A stretch of DNA of 63,921 bases, the filler included, from Diploschistes diacapsis (taxonomy: Eukaryota), in the NCBI GenBank assembly GCA_023645945.1. It is 17 parts of 17 records of this genome, joined end to end, with 100 filler letters (N's around TTAATTAATTAA, not from the genome) between each part and the next. Parts side by side here need not be neighbours in the genome. Positions count along the whole stretch, not along the records: positions 23,976 to 25,346 come from JALAIB010003225.1; positions 25,447 to 26,817 come from JALAIB010003226.1; positions 26,918 to 28,287 come from JALAIB010003227.1; positions 28,388 to 29,757 come from JALAIB010003228.1; positions 29,858 to 31,226 come from JALAIB010003229.1; positions 31,327 to 52,193 come from JALAIB010000323.1; 11 more parts are not named here. The stretch is one strand, 5' to 3'. The position numbers and the translations under genes are program-made. The notes beneath the pieces are model-generated. The model was not told where the DNA came from. It saw nothing but the letters and a program-made list of their open reading frames with translations, and did not search any database. Positions 24,591-35,832 of this stretch are shown here, one piece after another (position 1 is the first letter of the stretch; the number at the start of each line of letters is the position of its first letter).

Positions 24591-24825
24591 TATAAACACA
24601 AGGCGCGTTGTCTAGGGAGACTTCTTTTACTGTAATAGGTAGGTAGTCGTAGGTAATGTAATAAAAGAATGTAATGTGATTTCGTAATTAACAGCATAAC
24701 TAGGTGGGACATTTGTAAGGTGTAGGATGCCTTGATTGTCTAGAGCTACCTAGCAGGCCTCCTTAAATGGAGCTGCCCTGTAGGGACTACCCCCACCAAG
24801 TCTGCCGCCTACTTTTATGTTTACA
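24591..24825 (-). mobile_element. ~235-bp LTR (third LTR family)
   Basis: Termini TATAAACA (RIP form of TGTAAACA) and TGTTTACA. A reverse-complement copy lies at 60383-60616, where it is preceded by a purine tract. Confidence 0.7.
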
Positions 24826-25346
24826 ATAGAAAATTACTTTTTATATCATTCATCGATTATTTATTAATTACGAATTATTTATTCAACAAATCTTCTTTAT
24901 TTTACGAAAATAATAATAAAATGAACGACATCTTAATTAAAAAACGGGTTACCTTTATCCTAAAGAAAAAAAATCAATAACAATAATTCGAGCTTATACG
25001 TATATACCTTAAAAGTAAAGAGATAGATTACGTTTTTAATAATTAATTATTAATATCGCCTATTGCAGACACCTTAGATAACTTAATATCATTTATTTTT
25101 ACCGATTTAAGTTTAGTTTTAAATAAAACATCTAAATAATAAAAAAAAGATCAATCTAAAGTAAATTACTAAATTATGATCTGTACAAGGGAAATTAACC
25201 AAGAACGTCTTCGTGATTTACCTATTACGAAAGCCAGATGGGATTCTCTGAAGGTAAAATACTAAACGATAATTAAATCTGAACGTCGATAACTAAACCT
25301 TAAATTCGCCAGTTATAAACTTAAGAAAGACACGATTATTTAAGAA
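24826..25346 (+). pseudogene. Copia leader and gag N-terminus, RIP-inactivated
   Basis: ATG 24921: MNDILIKKRVTFILKKKNQ*Q*FELIRIYL...KKDQSKVNY*IMICTREINQERLRDLPITKARWDSLKVKY. This fits the Copia gag pattern (N..W...M...L; A...W..L...Y), with stops at RIP-type positions. Confidence 0.75.
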
Positions 25347-25446
25347 NNNNNNNNNNNNNNNNNNNNNNNNNNNNNNNNNNNNNNNNNNNNTTAATTAATT
25401 AANNNNNNNNNNNNNNNNNNNNNNNNNNNNNNNNNNNNNNNNNNNN

Positions 25447-25551
25447 TATAACTGCTCTACCTTCTTCTCCTGCTTGCACTCCTCTTCTAAACGAGACCAA
25501 ACCCACCTTGACTCTACTCGTGTATACCTTGTATAGATAGAGATCATAACA
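25447..25551 (+). mobile_element. Gypsy LTR 3' end inserted into gag of the same family
   Basis: Ends AGATAGAGATCATAACA, as do the copies ending at 29984 and 55350. Confidence 0.8.
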
Positions 25552-26426
25552 CGTAGCTATCTTTTTGGCTTCTCAAGTATACGTCGAGATGAAGTTTTAT
25601 CCATGTTAATACGCGGTCACGCATAAATCTTACGGCGAAGACGGTTCGTTTCTTTTAATCGTCTATAATATACGGGTTCCAATAGAAATATATTGAAAAT
25701 TAAAATATTTAATATTTTAGTTTCTTCCGATCTTTATAAAACGTTATTAATTTTATAGCTTTCATAATGGGTTCTTTATACGGTTTATTTTCGTTAAATT
25801 TATCGTTATTTCCGAGATTATCGCTTCTAGCTTCCGCTATGTCCGCCATCGGGATATCGATTTCATTTAATGGCGTTGTTATTCTAAATGCTCGAAATGG
25901 TACGGATCTAACCATCGATAACGATCGCCCGGTTATGCTATCTGAGACATTTATTCTTAAGGATGTTTAAGTATTATAATCTTTATCTTTATAAGATAGA
26001 CACGAGGTATTAATAAAGATAGATTTGATCTCGTATAAAAAAATAATATAAATAAAAAAAAAGATAGAATAATTATAAATCTTAAACTATTTTTAAAAAA
26101 AAAAGCTTTCTAATAATAGAAATAACGAATATAAATTGATCCCGAGCAATAACTAAAGATATTTATAAAAGTAAACATACCAGAACTTATAGAAATTATA
26201 GCGACGATTTTATATAATTAACTGTTCTTTAGTGAAGTAGATTAATAGATGAATAGAACTAACGTTCTCCCGTTTTATTTATAGAGAGTAAAATAGCTTC
26301 TAAGGCTTTTTACTCATTACGTGACCGGCGTTACCATGATTGGACTATATACAAGGAGTGGTTGGGTTAGGCCCGATCAGCTGTGAAGTGCCAAGTGGCT
26401 ACCACCTAGTTACTTGGATCGTAACA
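25552..26426 (-). mobile_element. Ty3/Gypsy 5' LTR (25972-26426, 455 bp) plus gag relic
   Basis: On the minus strand the LTR runs TGTTACGATCC…GATTATAATA (RIP form of GATCATAACA). It is followed by CTTAAAC and gag MADIAEARSDNLGNNDKFNENKPYKEPIMKAIKLITFYKDRKKLKY...FAVRFMRDRVLTWIK, a retrotransposon gag pattern. Confidence 0.82.
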
Positions 26427-26664
26427 CCGGATCGTTATGGGGGTTCGTTTAAAAAAAAAATTTAGAAACGATAGGCCAGCTTTTTCCTTATATTTAATAT
26501 TTAATTTTTTTCGGGGATCCTTGTCTCGGTTATAAATGCCGTAAATTAGGCGAGAAATCAGTTGAATTCGTTATTACTTTAATATAATTTTTAATAATTT
26601 TTTTTAGCGGTTAATCGAGTATTCTTATTTATTTATCGATTATTTAATCGTTTGAATAGATTTT

Positions 26665-26817
26665 TGTTACGATCCAAGTGACTAGGTGGTAGTCCACTTG
26701 GCACTTCACAGCTGATCGGGCCTAACCCAACCATTCCTTGTATATAGTCCAATCATGGTAACACTGATCACGTGATGAATAAAAAGCCTTAAAGGCTATT
26801 CTACCCTCTATAAATAG
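26665..26817 (+). mobile_element. Gypsy LTR 5' part (variant A), inverted relative to 26270-26426
   Basis: TGTTACGATCCAAGTGACTAGGTGGTAG...; near-identical reverse complement of 26270-26426. Confidence 0.85.
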
Positions 26818-26929
26818 NNNNNNNNNNNNNNNNNNNNNNNNNNNNNNNNNNNNNNNNNNNNTTAATTAATTAANNNNNNNNNNNNNNNNNNNNNNNNNNN
26901 NNNNNNNNNNNNNNNNNAATTCTAGAATT

Positions 26930-27247
26930 ATTACGTTTATTTTTACGTTTTTATTTTTTTACCGCGGTGTTTTAATAGATTTACGGTAGTATTTCGGTAA
27001 ATTTATTATAATATAATATCCGTGATAATATCGTGTTTTAAAAATTTTGGCGGTAATATCCGTGGAAGTATCCGTGTTTTAAAATTTTTAATTATAATGT
27101 CCGTGTCCGTGCTTTTATTATAATGTAGTATCCGTGGAAGTATCCGTGTTTTAAAATTTTAGCGGTAGTGTCCGTGATAGTATCGTGTTTTAAAAATTTT
27201 CTCGGTAGTGTCCGTGGAAGTGTCCGTGGCACGAAACGGCCAGCCTA
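26930..27247 (-). mobile_element. hAT-like element left end (minus)
   Basis: CCGTG repeats ending CCGTGGCACGAAACGGCCAGCCTA. Confidence 0.65.
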
Positions 27248-28387
27248 ATTCAATACCGGATAAAAATTAAGCAAATTAATTAGGATTACGCGAATACGAA
27301 CACGAGAAAAAGAAAATCGAATAAGAATAAATAAACTAAATAAGATTATACGAATAAGAACGTTAGAAAAAAAGGATCGAATACGAGATTAAATACGAGT
27401 TTTAAGAAAGAACAGCAAAAAATAAATGAATAAAAGAACCAATATTATCGGAACGAAAGAACCAGGGAATAAGAAAGAGAAAAAAGAAGGGAAGAACAAC
27501 AAAAAAATAAGATGAATATTAAGAATAAAGAAAGAAAGTTTGGTGCATTATCGAAACCCTAGGCTTTACAGCAAAAAAAACAAAAGAAAATATAATATTA
27601 TGATTCTGAAAAAGAATTAAAAGAATATAAAAAAGAAACGGTGGAATAACGTAAAAAGACAAATAAGAAGTATCATTCTTCTTCTTTTTAACATCGTTTA
27701 TAAACCAACACGGAAAATTATTCACGAATTATCGCGTCTTTCTTTCTCTCGTAATGAACTTACAACTCCCTTCACGCACTAGTATTATCAAGGACCCCCA
27801 GGGGCCATTATTCGAACAATATAAAAGCGACATATCGTAATCCTCGACCTAAAATCCCATCAAAAACAAACAATTAACCGGATATTATGCCCTCGGAAAG
27901 AAACGAGCAATCAAAAACGTCTATTTAAAAAGAACCGCTACCACCCAATAGACCGCCTACGGATATAAAACCAGAATTGCCTCTAATATATACGACCCAG
28001 AATGTTTTAACACCGGCGACGAACATAAGTATTCCTTTTTATTAATATCCCGTTCCTAAGCCAGACATAACGGGAGCTCTTTTCTTCATTAATAAAAATA
28101 TATTCAAGTTCGTTACTTAATAGAAAAGATTCTATCGGAAATATCTTATAACGACAAAAAAGTTCTTTATCCGCCTACCTGATTACAGTAAAGAGTTTAT
28201 TAATGTATTAATTAAAACTTCTTTTGAATTTACTAAACGCGACTGGGCTGTTTTGAAAAAGACCTTATTTCGGAATTACGCTTACCTNNNNNNNNNNNNN
28301 NNNNNNNNNNNNNNNNNNNNNNNNNNNNNNNTTAATTAATTAANNNNNNNNNNNNNNNNNNNNNNNNNNNNNNNNNNNNNNNNNNNN

Positions 28388-28606
28388 GTTCCAGAGGGAG
28401 GTCCAGTTCAGCTGAACTCCGAGGTTCAGTTCACCTGAACCTCCTAGAATTCTAATTAGACCGATTAGGGAATAGTATAAATAATAAGGCTTAACGTATC
28501 ACACGAGGATGAAAGTCTATAAAATAGGATAACCTTTAAAAAAAGATCTTTAAACTTCAATATATCCATTACGTTATTAAATAGGTTATAAATCCGAATT
28601 AACATC
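28388..28606 (+). mobile_element. Copia LTR fragment plus PBS
   Basis: Homologous to 22504-22750; PBS relic GGTTATAAATCCG at 28584. Confidence 0.75.
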
Positions 28607-28779
28607 TGTTTTATTACGTTTATTTTTTATATTTTTATTTTTTTATCGCGATATTTCGATAGATTCACGATAATATTTCGATAAATTTATTATAATATAA
28701 TGTTCGTAATAATATCGTGTTTTAAAAATTTTCTCGGTAGCGTCCGTAGAAGTGTCCGTGGCACGAAACGGCCAGCCTA
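28607..28779 (-). mobile_element. hAT-like element left end (minus, internally deleted)
   Basis: Ends GTGTCCGTGGCACGAAACGGCCAGCCTA and matches 26930-27247 with an internal deletion. Confidence 0.65.
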
Positions 28780-29757
28780 AGTAAGGACGTATTAAGGTGT
28801 CTTATATTTTTATCGATAAAATGATTATTGACGGGTTTATAAAATTATTGAATTACTCGATGCACGACGTTTTTATTAAGGGACTCGGTTTAGTCCAAAA
28901 GATATTCAGTTAAATTATATAGACATACCGGATGATTCCCCTTATGGGAAAGTGTTGAGTAGACAAGTAGAAGATATAGCTAAGAATTCGATTAAATTCT
29001 AAAAGGAGGTTTAGTTTAGCTGAACTTCGAAATTCAATTGAATTAAACTTCTTAGAATTCTGATTAGAATGAATCGGGAAATAATTTAGTCAGTAAGGCT
29101 TAGCGTATCCCATAAGGATAAAAGTCTGCAAAGTAGGATAACCTCCTAGATAGACCTTTAAACTTCAATACATCCATTACGTTACTAAATAGGTTATGAA
29201 CCCGAATTAACATCTGCTTTACTACGCTTAATCGTTTATTAAAATTACGTTTCTCGGCAATTATTACGATTACGAACGCGGGTACCGATTATATTACCTA
29301 ACGTAAGTTAAATCGAAAAGATCTAAAAGCCTAAGATCTAAATCATAAAACCCTAAGATAAACTGATTCAAAGATAGAAATTATATTATTTTAAAAGAAC
29401 GCGGGACCTTAATACGCTGACCTAAGGTAAACCTAAATAAGAAATAGTTGGATCCAGATATCATCTGTACAAACTAACGAAAAACAACCTTTTTTTCTTC
29501 CTCGCCAATATCGAAGTTCAGTTAAACCACGCTGAACCCCTCGATTACTTTTATTTCTATTATAGAAGATTACTTTCTATATTATTCATCAATTACTTAC
29601 TAACTACGAGTTATTCATTTAATAAATCTTCTTTATTTACGAAAAATAATAATAAGATAAACGACATTTTATCTAAAAAACGAATTACTTCCATCCTAAA
29701 AAAAGAAAATCAACAATAATAATTCGAACTCATACGTATATATCTTAAAAATAAAGA
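28780..29757 (+). mobile_element. Copia RNase H end + PPT + LTR (28953-29191) + PBS + leader + gag start
   Basis: GRIKVSYIFIDKMIIDGFIKLLNYSMHDVFIKGLGLVQK corresponds to the Copia RNase H motif MIADG.TK.L. It is followed by purine tract GGGAAAG, LTR TGTTGAG...CTAAATA, PBS GGTTATGAACCC at 29192, and gag from ~29657. Confidence 0.82.
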
Positions 29758-29857
29758 NNNNNNNNNNNNNNNNNNNNNNNNNNNNNNNNNNNNNNNNNNN
29801 NTTAATTAATTAANNNNNNNNNNNNNNNNNNNNNNNNNNNNNNNNNNNNNNNNNNNN

Positions 29858-29984
29858 TTTTTAGAGATTAGAATAAACCTATTACCGATCTATTTTTTCT
29901 CCTTTTATACTTTTCTTCTACCAGAAACCAAACCCACCTTGATTAATACCTCGTGTCTACGTTGTAGAGATAGAGATCATAACA
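29858..29984 (+). mobile_element. Gypsy LTR 3' end
   Basis: Ends AGATAGAGATCATAACA. Confidence 0.8.
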
Positions 29985-30296
29985 GACCGCCGCCTGGACA
30001 AAAAAGGCGGGACCGGTGTTAACGGGTTCAACAATATTAGATCTAAAGAAGTAAGATAAACACGTACGATCATTTCGAGAGAAAGTCAAAACGTTCGCGG
30101 AGAAATTTTACTTAAAATCTATAACCGATATATCAGATATTAAAAACCCGGAAAGACTGCGTTCCCGTCCCGTCAAGATGCCGGAAGAAATCCTAATAAT
30201 ATTAAAAAAAATAAAAAATATTTTATTCGAAATTAAATAATATACGGTATCGAGGTTCGATAAATTTTCGATTTTCTTTCTAAAAACGATAAAAAA
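29985..30296 (+). pseudogene. LINE (Tad1-like) pol fragment upstream of RT, RIP-mutated
   Basis: EKVKTFAEKFY..., then TAT ACG GTA TCG AGG TTC GAT AAA TTT TCG ATT TTC TTT CTA AAA, which reverts by transitions to ..APGPDG.P..FLK, the conserved LINE pre-RT motif. Confidence 0.5.
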
Positions 30297-31226
30297 TGTG
30301 GTAGTTACTGGGCTTGCTTGTGGGTTGCTGCTGGGGCAGGTGTTGCCGACCTCGCTGTCTAGGCATCATCTATGACGATGGCGCTTGGCATCTACTGTAT
30401 ATAAGTAGATTTTGCTTTAGATTAGCTACGAATCTACATACTTCTTATACTTGATTTTATAGATGATTTGCATAGCAAATTAGTAGTAACGAGAATGGTT
30501 CGATCCCTCTCGTCTCAGTGCTAAATAACATTAGTAGAACTTCGCCTTCTATTCAGTCTAAGATATTTGGACCAGAGTTTTTTCCTGAGTTCGGACTTTG
30601 AAGAACTTGTTCTTCCCTCTTTACTTCAGCCCTTTATTGTTCTTTATTTTGAAATTTTTTTTATTTTCCCTCTGTACGATCAGATGTCGACTGTTAGATA
30701 GCAATTATTGGGTTAAAGTATCTCGCCCGTTTTTTTAATAAGCTGTCTTGTTTTGCTATCTTATATCTTTTATTTGCCCGAGTAGCTTATTTTCTTGAAG
30801 ATATTTCTCGAGCTTAATTAATTGTAGACCTCTTACGGCGGACCTACGATTAAATTTGAGGACGGAGTTAGAAACCATTTAAAAAGCGATTCTCTATCTA
30901 TCTTGAAAGATACGGAATTGCTTATACCGGGTTTAGAAAGAAAAGATAATCACGATATTATAGTCTAAAAAGTAGTGAAACTTCGGTTTTATTTAGAAAG
31001 TAAAAACAGAGTTTTAAAATTGGAACTCTACGACGAAGTAGTACGTTAAATTTTAAAAAACTACGAACTATCGACGAACATCGAACAGTTAAAATAAGAA
31101 TTTAAAAAGAAATACGTTCTAAAACAGCGACGATAGACAAAATCTAACACGTAAATTAAATCTTCTTTAATCAACCCGTTATTTTAATCGTTCCTTTTGG
31201 ACTAAATTATAGATCCAGTCCTTATA
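30297..31226 (+). mobile_element. Probable LTR (30297-30530) + tRNA-type PBS relic + gag-like relic
   Basis: A GC-richer 234-bp TG...AACA block with a TATATAAG box is followed by TTAGTAGAAC (possible RIP form of TTGGTGGAGC) and a decayed ORF with KVVKLRFYLES…EQLK*EFKKKY. Confidence 0.45.
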
Positions 31227-31326
31227 NNNNNNNNNNNNNNNNNNNNNNNNNNNNNNNNNNNNNNNNNNNNTTAATTAATTAANNNNNNNNNNNNNNNNNN
31301 NNNNNNNNNNNNNNNNNNNNNNNNNN

Positions 31327-32340
31327 CCCCCATGTCGTCCCCGCCCCCATATCCGCCAATGTCGCCCTGGTCGTACCCCTGGTCGTACGCCTGCTGGTTC
31401 TCGTACTGCTCGTGGTCCTCGAAGGCGTCCATCAGAAGCGCACCGCCCAGCAGGCCGCCTCCCGCGCCCAGCAACGCGCCGCCCATGCCTCCCAGGCCAT
31501 GCTTCTTCTGCGCTGGCGCCGCCTGCTGCACCACGGGCTGCTGGACATACTGCTGCGGCGGCGGCGGGCCCTGGCCGTAGCCATACCCCGGCTGCTGCTG
31601 CTGCTGCTGGTAGTATCCCTGCTGTTGGGGCGGAGACCACGGGCCCTGTTGGCCGTATCCTGCCTGCGGGCCGTAGCCCTGCTGAGCGTACCCGCCTTGG
31701 CCTTGCTGCTGCGCCGGGAAGCTCCCTTGGTAATGGTGGCTGCGGCCGGTGAGTTTGTCCAGGAGGCCCCTCTTCTGCGGCTGCTCCGGCTGCGGCTGCA
31801 GGTTGGGCTGTCCGCCGCCGTAGCCGCTGCCCGGCCTGTTGGCGCCGCCCTCGGTGTAGTACGAATCCGCTGCGCCGCCTGGTCCCCGGCTTGCGGGCTG
31901 CCGGCCGGTGCCGGATGCTGCTGCTGCTCGCGCCTCCTCTTCGGCTTGCAGCTGTGCGGCGAGGCGCGCGTCCGCGTCGATGTCGTTGGGCGTCTGGGCC
32001 CGTAGGGGCTGGCCGTAGGGGTTGTTGGGATTCCCCTTTGTGGGGTGTGGGCCGGGAGAGAGCGCGCCGGAACTGGCGGCGGTGGAGGGGGTGTATGCTG
32101 GTGGTGGGGAGAACAGCGGGTCCGTGTTGTTTGGGTCAGAAACTGGGGCGGTGGGTTTGTCCCATTGGGAGGCGCGGGTGTGGACATTGACATAGAACCT
32201 GTGCCATGATCAGTTGCTGCAGAATATCAGGCGATGATAGTTAGGGTAAGCTACCATTCTGAATATTGCGAGTTCCACACGGCTTTCCATCCCTCTGGAA
32301 CCTTAGGTGGAGGTGGGCCAGGTGGTGGGGCGTCGGTCAT
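31327..32340 (-). CDS. WW-domain, Gly/Gln/Tyr-rich protein (Wwm1-like), 3'-partial
   Basis: Exon 1 (32340-32255) MTDAPPPGPPPPKVPEGWKAVWNSQYSE, intron 32199-32254, then WFYVNVHTRASQWDKP completing the WW domain. QQGYG repeats and GGALLGAGGGLLGGALLMDAFEDHEQ...AYDQGYDQG follow; the gene is cut by the contig end. Confidence 0.88.
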
Positions 32341-33018
32341 TGTGTTGGTTGTACTGGTAAAGCTTCTTTTGTTTGATTATGTTAAAAGATTGTTCACAAA
32401 GACTGGGTGACAATAGTAGTACTGGAGTAGGTAAAACTGCGTCATGTCTCTCGCTCAGGCAAAGCGAGGGGGTCCGAGAGTTGAGTGTACGTACATGCAG
32501 CCACATTACTGCGCCACACTTCTACGGTGGCGCAGGCATCAATTTGACAGGCGGGCTCTACAGCATATTCCGTTGAGTTCTAGATTGCATCTGAAGGGCA
32601 GCTCACGGCCACATACCTCACAAAAGAATCACAAGGTCTCAGGGTCAAGCTTCACCGCCGGCATGATTATGCAACGTGGGAAGAAGTCGCTCGCACCGTG
32701 ATGAAGCCTGGTCCAGTCCTTTGGTGTGTGAATCTGATATATTGATCTGATTTTAACTATATTATGTACATATTATGAGTATCAACAACCAAGAAAAGAG
32801 ACTGGCGTCCAAATGAAGGTCCAGTTTTGAGACCTGCCGCAACTTTCATATCCAATCACTCGCCACCTTATGTAAATGCACATACATATCTTCGTTATTA
32901 GCCCCATATCTTACAAGCTACCAGCGCCTCCTTAATGCTTTTTGACCCCGTGTAGTTGAGGTAGAATCAGCCATAGGAACAATCATGAGCTGTTCAGCTA
33001 GCTGCCCATTCTCCGATA

Positions 33019-35201
33019 TTAGAACCGATTCCACGTCGAATCATACTCAGGACCTCTGCCACGGCTTTTGCTCGGCTCTCGAGTCACAGGCTGACTCTGT
33101 GGTGTCAGAGGACTTCTTGGTGCTGTTCTTCGGCCGTTGGAAGAAATCTGGTTTTGTCGTAACGGACTCGGCCTTCCGTCCGGCTTTGCACTCCTAGAAA
33201 GCGGAGAGATCGGACTGTTGTTTCTCCCTGATGAATTATCGGCTGGACTTCCTGGAGAGAGTCCAGATGGCCTACTGGGCGATCCATCACGTATCGATGA
33301 TCCCGATGTCGCTTTAGAGGTTCCGTAGTACTGCGGTCCGACCGGCGAACCTGCCAGTTCCATAGCGATGCCCGAGCCTTCGACTTCCGTTGCCGTGTCT
33401 GAACCATAGAGCTCGCCTTGGCCCCCCCCGCGATGCGCTGCCGCGCCTGGCAACTCGTTCTTGCCGACAGGATGGCCTCCTGAGCCTGCGAGTTCGGGCT
33501 TGTTCACATCGCCATTTGAACCCTGGAGCTCGGGCCTGTAGTGTTCGTGTAGATCATCCTTGGAGTCCGCTTCCACTACACCAATGACCGGAGCCTTGGG
33601 GTCCGAAGGATGAACAGCCATAGGCCCGCCTGGTTTTCCATCCGCATCAAGCTCGGAAAATGCGGGATGCGGTCGGTTATGGAAGGGCCATTTCCGGAAA
33701 TGTCGTAGCACCGCAAGAGCCGAAATGCAAGCAATGAAGACGACTGCCGCTACGACAATGCCAACGATTGCAGCAATCGTTAGAGACGAATTCGATGATG
33801 AACTTGCCGAGGTGGTGGCACCTCCGTTTGCGTTAGGCGGGGCGGTCCAGTTGGTGGAATGAATGACTTGAATGTCTTCCGCGGCATTTTGATTCCAGAC
33901 ACACTGAGAGATGGAGAAATTACCTCTCTCGTAGTCGGCTGTCAGGTATGCTTCCTGGAGGAAGGTTCTGCCCAATGTGTATGTACTATCGTTACCCCTC
34001 TTCAAGGGAAAATAATTGCTAGTGCTGTTTACTATTGGCGCGGATAATGAGAGGTCGAAAGCCTTGTATGGCAAGGTAATTGATACAGTCGCGCCGCCGC
34101 TGATATCGTTGCCGAGGACAAAAGTAAAATTTGGGTTGCGGGAACTCAGCGTGGTATGCTGCGATTCGGATAGCAGATACAAGCCTGTTGCGTTGTCCAT
34201 GGTCAGGCCGAAAGCTTGTTCGATTTCGTTGCAGGCCTCGTCCGGCATGACTATCCACGGGACGGTAGAATCAACGTATGCAAAAACCCCTCCGGAGAGC
34301 AATGTCGTTTGTCTTCCGTTGCTTTCGGTCGAGTACCATGACTGGACACCGACGAGCAGGTCTCTCGATATATCTTCACCGAAATTGAAGGTCAGGCTGT
34401 TCGATTCAAAACGAGATGCATCCATGCCACCAAAGATTAAGCTCCCAAATACTCCTTTGAGTTCTAGTAATCATAAGCGAGCCCCCAGTCCAGCGGAGTT
34501 TGTGATCTTACGATAGGGCGCTCCAGCCGAATAGCTGTAGCTTAGGCTCGGTATCAGACCCTGTGTGTGCATATTCTTGAAGAAACTTGGGACCGGATTG
34601 GCCAAAGTCGTGAAATTGGTGGGTTGAGGATTGATCCCAATGTATCCCAGCCAAAAGTCATTTTGGACAATCCCAGCAACTGTCTGATTCTTCAGAACAA
34701 CGGTCTCGTTGTCCGCGAACCCCAGACCGACTGTATCGAAGCCATACAGCCCGTTTCCAGTGTAGTTCAGGTCTTGCTCGAAGAGGAGATTGAAGATTCT
34801 ATCTTGTACCCACGTTGAAGAGGCGTTGGGGTTGAACAGATTGTTGCCTCTGTTTGTTGCGCATGAACCGTCGCTGCATGCTTCGGCAAGTACTACCCAC
34901 TGATTCGGAATCGCAGTCGACACTAGGACTCGAGTTTCGTTTGTGTTGGGTGTACCGACTTGCATGGGAAAGGTTGACCAAGGCCCGTCGTTACCCTCCC
35001 TATTCATTGGTCAGTAACCACGTTTTGGTAAAATAAACTCTGCTTTTGAGCGGCGTACCAATACTGACTAGGAGGTATTACCAATGGTGCCGGTTCGATT
35101 GTCGAAGAGTATGAGGTATTGGCGAAAGCGATTAACAATATTGCGAGAAGCGCCGAGGAGCAAGTTTGAGAGCACATCGGGAGAGCAGATGGCCGTGCCA
35201 T
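33019..35201 (-). CDS. Type I membrane aspartic-protease-fold protein with degenerate catalytic motifs (3 exons)
   Basis: Exons 35201-35059, 34999-34512 and 34463-33019. Signal peptide; WEGNDGPWSTF; GLIPSLSYSY; SLIFGGMDASRF; YTLGRTFLQEAYLTADYERGNFSISQ (pepsin-fold motifs); TM helix IAAIVGIVVAAVVFIACISALAVL; S/P/G-rich tail. Confidence 0.88.
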
Positions 35202-35832
35202 CTTATGCTTCGCTCTATAAAGTAGCAGAACATGTATCAAAAAACATTTTGAAGAAAATGGAAATTAGACTGTCGCTAATGCCAGCATCCTATAACGACA
35301 ACAGGCAGGGCTCTCAGAGGTAATTCAGCAACACTAAACATCGAATCGTTGAGTTTTCAGACAGACCACAGACGAATATTATTCGAGAGCCAGCGAGTGC
35401 CACAAAGAGGAAAAGGAAAAGTATAGGATAAGCAAGGTGGGATAGTCACATTTTAGTGGGTGGCAGATTCAGGCTGTAACCTAAGCGTCAGCGTAGCAGC
35501 ACGGAAGATGGCGTGCATACATACGCTGGGATCCTAGGGTCCGACCGTCAGCCGTAGCAAAGGGGCTTCTTCACAAGCTGATTGCGAATTTGAACAGTAT
35601 GGGCACCCCCATAGATAGATACGGGCCGAAAGAACTGGAAAGGAGATGTGCTTCTTCTTGACTGCAGCCCGTGTTCAAAGTTCGGGCTTTCAAAGCCATG
35701 TTCGAAACGCTCACAAGAAAACTTTGCTAAGGATCGTTACCCAGTTCTTACATATGCGCACATCTTCACGGCATTGGGCTCTATTTTTGTACAGGGTCAA
35801 GAGTCGTTACAATGGGTGCAGAACGCCAAAAC

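Noticed and set aside
27700..28287. Possible LINE endonuclease relic
   Set aside because: Only a vague resemblance to the GDFN motif, not enough to call.
30495..30510. tRNA gene at GGTTCGATCCC
   Set aside because: No acceptor stem, D arm or anticodon arm could be built; kept only as a motif.
22504..31226. AT-rich contigs as mitochondrial or bacterial contaminant DNA
   Set aside because: They contain fungal transposon motifs, and copies differ by RIP-type transitions.
31275..32193. Overlapping 100-250-aa ORFs in the GC-rich WW gene
   Set aside because: They are alternative frames of low-complexity GC-rich coding DNA; only the WW frame has recognisable motifs.
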